Source of the DNA: Protoeuglena noctilucae | Taxonomy: Eukaryota | Assembly: GCA_958009085.1 (NCBI GenBank) | Contig: OY253682.1 | Coordinates: 744,001-808,000, forward strand | Direction of reading: 5' to 3' | DNA: 64,000 nucleotides | Notes under the pieces: model-generated | The model's input: only the letters and a program-made list of their open reading frames with translations | What the model was told of the DNA's origin: nothing | The model's database searches: none | Shown: one piece after another, positions 36,889 to 47,789 of the stretch | How positions within the stretch are numbered: position 1 is the first letter of the stretch | Layout of the letters: every line of letters begins with the position of its first letter | Program-made: the position numbers and the translations under genes

Positions 36889-37729
36889 ATGCTGCGCGCG
36901 CCCGGATCCGTTGGCAGCGCACGGCGCACTATCGATCCTATCCGCATTCGAGGACTTCGCGCGCACCCCTGTGCCGTCGCGCGCGCCTCTGCGGGGGAGG
37001 AGACGGGCCCCGCGCACGCCCGCGTCGACGCGGCGCAGCTGCGCGAGAGCTGGAGGGTGCTGCGCGAGTTTACAGCGCAAGATGCAAAGAAACTGAGGTG
37101 AGCACCCCATCCGAATCCAAGTATTCCCATTGTGTGGAGCATGCGAGGCCTGGGAGGCCGTGACAGCCGCCTGCGAGGCCGTGACAGCCGCCTGCGATAC
37201 CTGCACCCCGCCGTCGCACAGCCACCCTCTCCTCGCTGATAAGGAGGCGCGATCCACGCTCCGTAATCATTTGTTGAGCATCGCGGTGCATCCTTGGCCA
37301 GAAGTGGGCTGGGACCCAGCCGAGCGCGACGTCATCCTGGGCCTTCTCGCGTCCGACGCCCGCCTGGCCGTCCGCGCCCTCCGCGACTGGACGCACGCGA
37401 TGGATCTTCCGTATGTGAACCCACAGGTGAGCTGCCCACAGCTGCCCTGGTGACTGAGGGCCCAGAAGCTTGGCCGTTCACAAGCTTCTCATGGCAAGGA
37501 CGGCCTGCCCACCTGCCCCGAGGCGCAGCAGCCACCGAGCAGCCCGCCTCTATCGCAAGCAAGCGGCGGCGTCTTCATCAAGTACATATCTCGGACGGGC
37601 TCCTGCCGTTCGTCTCCCTACGTGGGCCGCGACCGAGGCGTGCTCGTGCAGCTGGGTCAAGTGCAGCTGGGGCACTTCCCCCTGGGCCTCTTCGACGAGG
37701 ACATGTCCCGGCCACCACCTGCCGTGTGA
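36889..37729 (+). CDS. DUF1824-family chloroplast protein, 3 exons
   Basis: Transit-peptide-like start ending AVARAS, then VILGLLASDARLAVRALRDWTHAMDLP and GVFIKY..TGSC..SPYVGRDRGVLVQLG..GHFPLGLF, matching the cyanobacterial DUF1824 pattern. Confidence 0.75.
37154..37197. repeat. 21-bp perfect tandem duplication in DUF1824 intron 1
   Basis: gaggccgtgacagccgcctgc occurs twice in tandem. Confidence 0.85.
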
Positions 37730-37966
37730 CCTGACGCTCTCAAAGATCCTGCGGTATGTGTCCAGTTGCGCGCCACCTCCGTTCCACAGCTTGCCCACCC
37801 TTTCCTCACGCCGACGCCCTCTCTCCATCTTCAATTATGAGGATTTCTCACGGCATTGGCAAGCGCCACGCTTTAGACACTCAGGCACATCTGCTCTGCT
37901 GGAGACCGCTAGAGACTTCTAGTACAAGTCTCTTGTGATCCCAGGCGCTCGTCAACAGCCCTCGTC

Positions 37967-39860
37967 TCACGACTTGGCCCCCGACGCCAGCCGCCGCACC
38001 TCGTCCGCGAACCCCGTCCCCGCGTCCGCCTCGATGCCCTCCCCGACCTCCACGCGCGCGAACCCCGTCACACGCAGCCCCCGCTTGGCCAATGCCTTCT
38101 CCACCGTCGTGTCGGGATCGACCACGAACGGCTGCATCGCCAAGCACACCTCTCCCTGCCACTTGCGCACGCGCCCCTCGGCCATCTTGGCCACCACGTG
38201 CGCCGGCTTCCCCATCTGCTCGCCCTGGCTCGCGAAAATTGCCTTCTGCTCCTCCAGCACCGCGGCAGGCACCTCCCCGGCGTCCAGGTAGCGAGGCCGC
38301 ATCGCGACCTGCGGGTGGCCGGGCAGGACAGGCTCGGGTCGCACCCAGACAACACTCTGAGTTCCGAGCGGAGCCCTGGAGACGCCGAGAGCGCCGCAGA
38401 GGGTCTGTGGCGCCAGGGCGGGCGGCGGATGGGACGCGCTGATACCAGCGCCTCGCCCGAGGGGCCCCGGCCACCTAGATCCACCCACGGGCGCCTGGCG
38501 TTCGCTTTCGCTGCCGCATTGTATGAGCCCCGGGGTTGCGGTCCACCGGCACTCGACCGTCGTGCAGCGTGGCCAGGCAAAGGGGCGGTGGGTGCAGGCA
38601 CACCACGCATCAAAAGTCACTCCTGGTCCCGCATTCCGCCAACCAATTGGCAAGGGTGCCCATCTGCACGCTCGCCCTCACGCCCCTCTCACCACGTGCA
38701 TCGCCACCCGAGGCCCCATCTCGTCTGCTGCCGCCGCGTCTGCCCCCTCCAGGGCCACTGCCCCCGCCATGCGACCCACGCCGCTCCCCGCCACGACCTC
38801 GTTGTGAACGTAACCATACACGCGCCCCCCGCCCCCCAGCCACACCGCCCTCCGCAACCGCACGTTCTCCCGCACCAGGCCCGCCACCCGCCGCACCTCC
38901 TCCCCCAGCGTCACTTTCGATCCCGCCTCGCCCCCTCCCGCCAGCTCGCCCTCCCACCCCTCCAAAGGGACACTCTGGGGCCCAGGCCCCGCCCCACCCG
39001 ACCGCTCCCCCGCCGCGAGGGCCGCCTGGGCCGCCTGCCCCACCAGGGCCTGCAACAGCGGACCTCGCGCGGCGAAGTCCGTCTCGCAGTTGACCTCGGC
39101 CAGCGCGACGCAGCGGGCGCCCTGAGCGCGCAGGGCCACCAGGCCCTCCGCGGCCTGGCGGCCCGCCTTCTTGGCGGCCGCCACCATCCCCTGCGAACCG
39201 GAGACTGAAACGAGATGAAGAGGCATGCGGCGGGGATCGGGGCGCGGGGTGGACGCGGCGCCGGGCTCAGGAATTTGGAACAAGGTGAAAGTGCTCGATC
39301 AGCCGCCGAGGCGTCAGCAGGAGCCTCTGGTTAAGGACGTTAGCTCGTCACGGCCCATTTCGATACATCCATTTGATCAAAGGAGGCGGCGCGGGCTCGC
39401 CTTGGTCTTCAGGATGCGCAGCGCCGCCTCCACGTCGCCCTGCGCCTCCTCCACCGCCGCCTTCACCTCCGCCACCGGCGCCTGAGTGCGCTCACGCAGT
39501 TCCTTGATCAGTGCCATCGTCCCGGCGGCTCTGCGGCGCACGGGCGGCGTAGCATCGGGGAGCGGCTGTGCGGAGGCCCCAGCGGGCGGCCGCCGCCGGT
39601 GAGCGCTCAGATTCTATGGGTAGTGTTGTATTGGGGTCGTCAAAGACGGCACGCTCGACGAATCAAACGCCCTGAAACTCGGTGTTGGTAGGTTGACGGC
39701 ATCATAGCGCTCTCCCAGGCCCCCAGGCGCGAGGGCGACGGGGCGGGCCCCGTGCCATCGCAGAGGGACGCAGTAAGCACCTGGCTTGCGAGGCGATCGT
39801 GCGGGCGACTAGGAGAGACCGGCCCGCCGCGCAGCCGGCCAGGGCGGCTAGCGCGCTCAT
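37967..39860 (-). CDS. TSFM: Elongation factor Ts, mitochondrial type, 4 exons
   Basis: Presequence-like exon 1 ([26 protein letters not shown]), [50 protein letters not shown] and [11 protein letters not shown]. Confidence 0.9.
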
Positions 39861-40112
39861 CGCGTCCCCCGCGGCGAGGCGCCCACACAGCCAGCGCGGC
39901 CACACACCCCCTGCTCGTATTCCTCGGGAGTGGCACGGCGCGGGACCCCGTCCGGCCGGATCTGAGGGGGCGCGGATGCTGCGGGTCTGCCCTACCCGTG
40001 TCAGAAATCGCTCCGACGGACCCGCGGACTTGGGCGGGACGGCGCACCCCGGGCCCGTCTTTTTCACGCGCGCAACGGCTGTCGCCGATCCCCTTGTCGG
40101 CCGCCGCTCAGG

Positions 40113-41888
40113 ATGGCTGTCGGCAAGAACAAGCGCCTCTCCAAGGGAAAGAAGGGTGGGAAGAAGAAGATGTGAGTCTTCCGAATAGATGGGGGAGGCG
40201 TCGCTGGTGCACCGAGCCGGGAGCCGGGCGGCAGCGGTCGCGACCGTCTAGCCCCGAACCCGGCGGGCTGCGCTCGCCCACCGCGATCCACCCGCAGCGT
40301 TTGATGGACTCTGGTTGCGCTGCCGCGCTCGATGCGGCTGGGACGGGTCCCGTTCGGGCTGGCGCGTCGGGGGCGGGCTCGGAACCGTGTCCCCTTCGCC
40401 TCTCCCGCAGCGTGGACCCCTTCACGAAGAAGTACTGGTATGACGTGAAGGCGCCGTCCATGTTCACGGACCGGAACGTCGGGAAGACGCTCGTCACGCG
40501 GACGCAGGGCACCAAGGCGAGCGCCGCGGCGACACGGCGCACGTTGGGCTTTAACAAACTCAGGCGTCGCTCTGTCTGGCCGTCGCGATGCGGCAGTCGC
40601 CTCACGGCTGCCCCTTGTCTTTGCAGATCGCCTCTGACGGGCTCAAGGGGCGTGTGTTCGAGACCTGCCTGGCGGACCTGCAGAAGGTGAGCCTCAGGCA
40701 CCTGGCGCACCGGGCAGAGCGGTTCGGACGCCCGGGGGCACGCGGCGGGGTCGTGGTGCGCTCCCGGCTGCTGAGGGCGCCTCCGCGGCGACTGCGCCCT
40801 CGGTAGCCTGTGCCCATGGCTGCGAGCGGCTGCACGTTGGTCAAGCCAGCGATGGTTGGCCAGGGGGGGCACGGGCTCCCCTTCCGTCGCATGCTTTTTG
40901 GGGGCAGCCGCGGTGTGCTGCTTGCCGAGCCCGCGCGGACGCTTTGCTCGGCGCGCCGTGTGCGGGGCCATTGACTGTGCTTGCCAGCGATGCTTTCCCA
41001 TTGCGGGGACTCACTGGCGGGGACGGAGATGAACCCGTGGGACCTGTTTGTGCCTGCGTTGCTGGTCTCCCGCGGCCCTGCTGGCGACGCGCGCGCTCGC
41101 GCCCCCCGTCCCTTGACGCCGCTGACTTCTTGCCTTCCCAGAACGAGGAGGACGCGTTTCGGAAGATCAAGCTCCGGGTGGAGGACGTGCAGGGCCGCTT
41201 CTGCCTGACCAACTTCCACGGCATGGACCTGACGACGGACAAGCTGCGGTCGCTGATCAAGAAGCGCTGCGACATCATCGAGGCCAACTGGTGAGCGACG
41301 GCGGCGGCTTGGGGGCCCCTGTGATTGCATGGTGTTGCACGAGCACCTGGGCTGTACTGCTTTGCGTAGCGTGGCCAGCCCAGTCGTTGCGGCCGTCCGC
41401 CACCGCGCGTTCAAGCCTCGTCGGCGGCGTCGCCGGGGATGTGGCAGCCAGAGGAGAGTCAAACCCTTTCCTACCGCCCCCGCCCCCCCAGCGACGTGCG
41501 CACGTCGGACAACTACATCCTCCGGGTGTTCTGCATCGCCTTCACGACCAAGCGCCAGAACCAGATCCGCCGCACGTGCTACGCCAAGGCGTCCCAGATC
41601 CGCCAGATCCGCCAGCGCATGTTCAAGATCATCAACCGCGAGGCGACCACCTGCGAGCTCAAGGACTTCGTGGTCAAGCTGATCCCGGAGATGATCGGCA
41701 ACCAGATTGAGAAGGCCTGCCAGGGCATCTACCCCCTGCGCGACGTGCTCATCCGCAAGGTCAAGGTCCTCAAGACCCCCAAGTTCGACCTCACCAAGCT
41801 CATGGAGGTGCACGACAACTACACGGCCGACGCGGGCAAGAAGGTCGCCGCCGCGGCCCCCGAGGCCGAGGCCAAGACGGAGGCCTGA
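40113..41888 (+). CDS. RPS3A: 40S ribosomal protein S3a (eS1), 5 exons
   Basis: [69 protein letters not shown] and [16 protein letters not shown]. Confidence 0.98.
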
Positions 41889-42277
41889 GAAGCGCGGGCG
41901 AGGAGTCGGCCGCGTGCGGCGGCCGGGGGGCAGGGGTGGCCGAGCGCGGGGGCCAGGTCTGGGGCTGGTCGGACCCGCGCTGGGGGGCCCGGGGTGGGGT
42001 GCTGGCGTGGGGAGGGCGGTTCGGGAGCGGCGCCGCGGCTGGCATTGCTGAGCCGGGCGCAGGCGGCTAGGCTGCGCTCCGTGTGCAGCGCGCCTGCTTG
42101 AAGGTCGAGTCGCTCTCAGGGCCCGTCAACTTCAAAACGAAAGGCCTAGTCCGCTCCCGTCCAGGATCTCTAAGGGAGGCTAGGGTGTGCTCCTCGGCAG
42201 GAGGCTCGCCGGAAAATTGTGCGCAAGGTGGGAAGAAAGGGGGGACAACCAGTAGCACGGGTGCTGAGCGCAAGGTC

Positions 42278-42956
42278 TCACGCGAGGAAGCCGAGCTTGC
42301 CCCCATTGGTCTTCGCGAGGCGAATCAGGCCCTGCTGCGTCTTGGTGGACGCCCCGACGTTCTTGCAGAACTCCTTGATCACTGCGGGCCAGGCACATGG
42401 GGGGTCCCCGTCAGGGCCCGATCCGCGACGGGGGCGGGCGCCCGGGCTGGCCTCGGGGCCAACTCGAGGCAATCGCAGCGCGAGAGGCCGATCCGAGCGC
42501 GGGGCGCGCCGGGGGAGGCCGGGGGGCACGCTCGCCTTGGGAGTGCAGCGAGATGGCCTTGCCACGGAACTGGTTGAACTCCTTCTCCCCCATGGCGTTG
42601 CGGACGACGATCACGAGCGGGGCGAAGATGCCTCCCTCGCTCGTGTTGCCCATCCGCGTCACGGCGCGGTGGCCTGCAGATCAGCAAACAACATACGGGG
42701 CGTCACGGCCTCACGAAGCGGCGCGCGGTCCGGAGGCGGCCGCGGGCGACCGAGACCGACGAATTGGGGTGCGGGGCCGCGCCCGAGGGGGCCGGTGGGC
42801 GGTCGAGGGCGCCGGACGCGCGGCCACCACCGGACCCGGTCGAGGCCGAGTTTGCGCGCGCTCGGGCGCGCGGCGCTCCCGCGTCTCACCCCGGCCGTTC
42901 GTCCTAGGCAGCGCGACGCGCGTGCCCGTCGCGAAGCTGCACGACACCGACGACAT
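42278..42956 (-). CDS. PGR5: PROTON GRADIENT REGULATION 5, chloroplast, 3 exons
   Basis: MGNTSEGGIFAPLVIVVRNAMGEKEFNQFRGKAISLHSQ|VIKEFCKNVGA...QGLIRLAKTNGGKLGFLA* is the diagnostic PGR5 sequence, preceded by a transit peptide. Confidence 0.96.
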
Positions 42957-43224
42957 GGCTCGACTGTGGCTCGACTGCTCGGGTTCGGTACGGGACGAAT
43001 GGACCGATAGACGCGTTCGTTTGAAGTCGCGATGGGTGGATACTGTTGCCGTTCTCGATGCGCGCGAGGTCAGCGAGTCGCCCTTCAGCCCTCCCCGCCC
43101 AGGGCTTACCCTCAGCCAGAACTCGCAGAGCCAAACGATCCGTCTTCAACCAATTGCGTTACCTACGAGCCATACTGCCTTGCTAACAACAGGGTCGTGA
43201 CGGGGATGGTATTGGCTGGCTCAA

Positions 43225-44149
43225 TCACAAGAAAAGGCGCTCCTTGCACCCCGCGATGTCGTGGGCGTGCAGGTTGACGGTGCTGGCAGGAAGGTAGGAC
43301 GTCGAGATGCCCTGCAAGGAGAAGTTGAACGGGTCTGCGGCTCGAGGCTCGAGCACTGGCACGTGATGCTGGCTGGCTCCAGAGGTATGCGGCGCACCGA
43401 CGGCGCGTGAGGCCGGGGCCCTGAGGCCCGTGCGCGAGCCCCAAAGTCCTGCCTGTGCAGGCCCGAGGTCTCACCTTGCAGCCCATCGTAGCACGCGGGC
43501 CGAGGTTGATGTTGGGGTTTTTCTCTGGCCACCGCTTCGAGGACTCCATGTACGCCTGCGCGCGCTCGACCATCGCCTCGCCTGCTGCACAAGCATAGCG
43601 CTGGGTGCAGTGCTCGCAAAGCCGCCGCTCACCTCGTGCCGGACGGTGGAGTTGAACGCCGTCTTGCGCTTCGGGATGCCCTCGGCCAGGTGGCCGCGGT
43701 CGTCTGCGATGAACTGGGTCCGGCCCGTGCAGGCCTTGAGCGTCCCCTTCAACGACCCTTGCGACACCTGCGTCGGATCGAATGTGTGTCGGGGCGAGTC
43801 AGTCCTCGGGGCGACTCACTCGCAACGGAAAGCTCGCGGCAAGGCTGTCGCGTCGAGGGTGCCCGAGGCTGGCGCATCGAGCACCTTCTTGTCGCCGACC
43901 CGGGGGACCTCCCAGTTGCAAAGGTGGCGCGGGGCACAGGCATCGTCGTACTGCTGGTCTGCGAGGGCGTTCGGCGAGGGCGTTCGGGTGCGACATGTGG
44001 GACCCTCCGCCCCAGCGCCACATGCCGCGGGGGAGGACGAGGGAGCAGCAGGACGGGTTCTCTCATAACATCGGCGGAATCCAGCAAGGCTTCTCGCTGC
44101 CGCTCGCGTTCCCCGCAATGCCCGCCCCACCAGAAAAGATGGTCGCCAT
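43225..44149 (-). CDS. CFAP126: FAP126/Flattop (CFAP126) microtubule inner protein, 5 exons
   Basis: Spliced product MATIFSDQQYDDACAPRHLCNWEVP..GTLKACTGRTQFIADDRGHLAEGIPK..RWPEKNP..ATMGCKGISTSYLPASTV..ERLFL*, which matches Chlamydomonas FAP126 motifs (NWEVP, GRTQFI.DD.GHL, ATMG.KGI). Confidence 0.88.
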
Positions 44150-44443
44150 CGTTCATCGCCCTGTCCGACCCACGCCACCGGCTCCTTCGATCCCGCGTGC
44201 AGGAATCGACCGCCGCGGGAGCGCGGCGGCCACGAGGGCGTTAGCGTGTTGAAACTGTAAGAGACTGGCGCCAGCTCGTGGGGCAGCCAAACGAGCCGGC
44301 TGCCGCCCCACCGTCGACGAGAGGTCGGGAATTGCGCCCAAGAGTAGCGTCGCCGGCGCGTGGACGCTCGCAGCCGCTGGAAAGCGATTGGTTTTGGCGG
44401 GAAGGGCGCCCCGCGCCTCTAGCGTCAAGGGATTGGGCCGAGG

Positions 44444-46990
44444 ATGTCCGCGACGGCGTCCGCGGCGCAAGTCAATGTGGCTCTGCGCGGGAAGCCCGCC
44501 CATTGGCGCTCCCTCGCGCTCCGGGCCCGCAACAACCCGGCTCCCCAACAGGCCGGCCTGCGCACCGATGCGCTCGGCCTGGGGGCGGCCTGCCTATCCC
44601 CGCGCGAGCAGCGGGTGGCGAGGAACGTTTGCGCGGCGGCGGCCTCGTACAACGATCCCATGGGGAAGGCTCGCATCAAAGTTATTGGGGTCGGGGGTGG
44701 GGGGGGCAACGCCGTCAGCCGGATGATCCAGTCGGGCGTGCAGGTGCGTGCGCGCACGAACATGCTCGTCTCGACTCTGACGGGCGCGCCGGGATCGCTG
44801 GGCGCCCGCGACGCTGCGCCGGCCGCTCCCTGGGCCCCATTTGCCCGTTAGGCGCCGCGCCTTCCTCAGCAGCGGCCACAGTTTTGTCGCTCGAGCTCCG
44901 GGGATCGGCGGGCGTCCGGGCGGCGTGGCGCGCGCGCCGGACTCCGCCCCTCCCCAAAACTTTTGCCGCCCCGCGCTTCCCCCCGCTTTCCTGCGGAGAT
45001 CCGGGGGTGCCGCCCGATGCTTTGGCCACTGCTGTGCCGAAGGCGCCCAACTGCCGTCGCCTCCGGCGCGTCGGGCGGGCGAGATGGCTCGTGCTCGCCC
45101 ACGGTGGCGACGCATTCGGATCTCCTGCGCGCCCCCCGCTCCCGCCCGTCTCTCCGCTGAGCTGACTCGCTGGTTCACGCTGGCTCCGTCGCGGTGCGTC
45201 TCCTCCCGGCAGGCCTCTCCCCCGCATCACCGCAGGGCGTGGAGTTTTGGGCGGTCAACACGGACGCGCAGGCGCTCGAGTCGAACGCGGTCCAGAACCG
45301 CGTGCAGATCGGGTCCTTCGTGACCAAGGGCCTGGGCACGGGCGGGAACCCGGAGCTCGGCGAGAGCGCGGCGGAGGCGAGTGCGCGACGCCCAGCGTGG
45401 CTCCCCGGCTCGCCGCTCGTGCCTCCCCTTGCGCGGGCGCGTCAACGCGCGGTCTCCGGGTCTCTGCAGGAGTCGAAGGACGCGCTGGAGGCGGCGCTGT
45501 CCGGTGCGGACCTTGTGTTTGTGACGGCGGGCATGGGCGGGGGCACGGGGTCGGGCGCCTCCCCGGTGGTGGCGCGCCTGGCCAAGGACATGGGCATCCT
45601 GACGGTGGGCGTGGTGACGTTCCCGTTCACGTTCGAGGGCCGCCGGCGCGCAACGCAGGCGTCGGAGGCGATCGAGGCCCTGCGCCGCAATGTCGACACG
45701 CTCATCGTCATCCCCAACGACCGGCTGCTCCAGGCGAGGCGGCGGGGGTGGGGCGGGGCGCGGAGGTGGCCGCTGCCGTTCGGGGAACGGGCACGCTTGC
45801 CGTTTGCCGTTTGCTTCCATAGTTCATGGGGGGACGCTGGCCGCGCGTGCCGCTCTCGAGGTCCCATCACGCGCACGCCTCCTCTTCCCAATCCCTCCCA
45901 GGTGGTCTCTGAGAGCACGGCGCTGCAGGACGCGTTCAAGTTAGCGGACGACGTGCTGCGCCAGGGCGTGCAGGGCATCAGCGACATCATCACCATCTCC
46001 GGCCTGGTGAACGTCGACTTTGCGGACGTCAAGACCATCATGACCAACTCGGGCACGGCCATGCTCGGCGTCGGCGTGTCGTCGGGGAAGAACCGCGCCG
46101 AGGAGGCGGCGCTGGCGGCCACCAGGCGAGGGGCGGAGGGGACGATGGGTGGCACGCTGTGCGCGTGTCATGCTGTGGCATGGGTGGCACCTGTCGTGGT
46201 GCCTGGCCGGGGCGGGGACGAGAACACAGACGAAACATTGCGCAGTGGCTCTGAGCGGGACCTCTTGTCCCGCTTTGACGCGAACCGCTGACGAAAAGAG
46301 ACGCGAGCCCTCTCACCTGCTTTGTACGTGCGTGGTCCCATGGCCGCACCGCCCGACGTGACGCTTGTCCCCTCCCTCACCCCCGCAGCGCCCCCCTGAT
46401 CGAGCGCTCGATCGAGCGCGCGACGGGCATCGTGTACAACATCACGGGCGGCCGCGACCTGACTTTGGCGGAGGTGAACCGCGTGTCAGAGATCGTGACA
46501 TCCATGGCGGACCCCAACGCCAACATCATCTTCGGTGCCGTGGTCGACGACGCCTACGAGGGAGAGATCCACGTCACCATCATCGCCACGGGGTTCTCCC
46601 AGCAGGCGAGAGAATGGGGACACGGGGGGCGGTGGCGGCATCGGGAGCGATAGCGACGACGTGGTCGTGGGTGTGTCCCAGATGTCTCGTCTATGCCTAC
46701 CTTAAGATGCTTTGATGTGCATCTCATGTCCCGTAGCCGCTCTTGCTACTCACGACCACTGCCTCTCTCTCACCACCCTCACCTCCCCCTCCTCTGCGCA
46801 GTACGAGGACCAGCTGCTCAACCGCACGGCCGGCCGTGCCGCGTCCCCCGCACCCACGGGCCGCAGCCCGCTGGGGGGCCCGGCAGCCAACGGGGCGGCG
46901 CAGGGGTCGCCGCGGGGCCAGCCCCAGCAGCAGGGGCAGGCGCAGGGGGGGCTCAACTTTGGCAGGCGGGGGTACCTGGGCCGGAGCTGA
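44444..46990 (+). CDS. FTSZ1: Plastid division protein FtsZ1, 6 exons
   Basis: Transit peptide, [21 protein letters not shown], tubulin/FtsZ signature [24 protein letters not shown] and [10 protein letters not shown]. It lacks an FtsZ2-type C-terminal core peptide. Confidence 0.93.
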
Positions 46991-47789
46991 GGGGCGGGGT
47001 GGTGGTGCGTAAGATGGGCGGGTCGAGAGGGGCGGGTGCGGGTGATGGGCCCCCGTTTCGGGTCGCAGCACAGCACCTTGATTGGCCGCGCCTGGGGCTG
47101 TTGCCGCGTTCCCTGGGGTGCGTTGCAGCCTGGCACGACGGGTGTGGCAGTGCGCTACCACGCCCACTCTTAACCTTGCCGCGGTGTGTGTGTAGATGTC
47201 GGTGTGGATGAGCGCCGAGCCAGGCAGGGGGCATGGCGGACGGGAGGGGCAGTCTGTGTGCAATGCTTGCGTGGGCAGTCGGCCAGCCCCCTGTCTCAGG
47301 GAGCGCCGCTGGACTTGGCTGCGACTGCTAGCTCTGCTTATCCTTTGCTTTGCGCTGATGGCGCCCTCGTCAGGGGCGTGGGAAGCAGGGGCGTGCGAGG
47401 GTCATGCATTTCCCATGGCAGCGTGGCTGAGACCCCCGCCCTGGCGTTCAGCTGCCCCGTGCAGTTGTGTAGACGCAGGCCAGCCCAGCCCTTTGCGTGT
47501 TCCCTGTTGGTCGGGGTGGGTCAGGGCGCGTGGCCTCACATGCGGCGCTGGGTGGGCCTCTGTAGTGCTGTGCGACTGACACGCAACAAGTGACTTTCCG
47601 TCAGAGTTTGCTCTTGGTATTTGAATGCAAGACGACGCTAGGTCATCTACAGCCCAGGAGAGGCCGTTCGGAAAAGCTGCTGTGATGAGCCAGGGCAAAG
47701 GCAGGCGTGGGAGCGGACGTTTCTTAGTCCATGAAGCGCCTATTACCAGCTGGGCCAGTGTGCGCCTTTATCGACAAACAGGCATCCCT

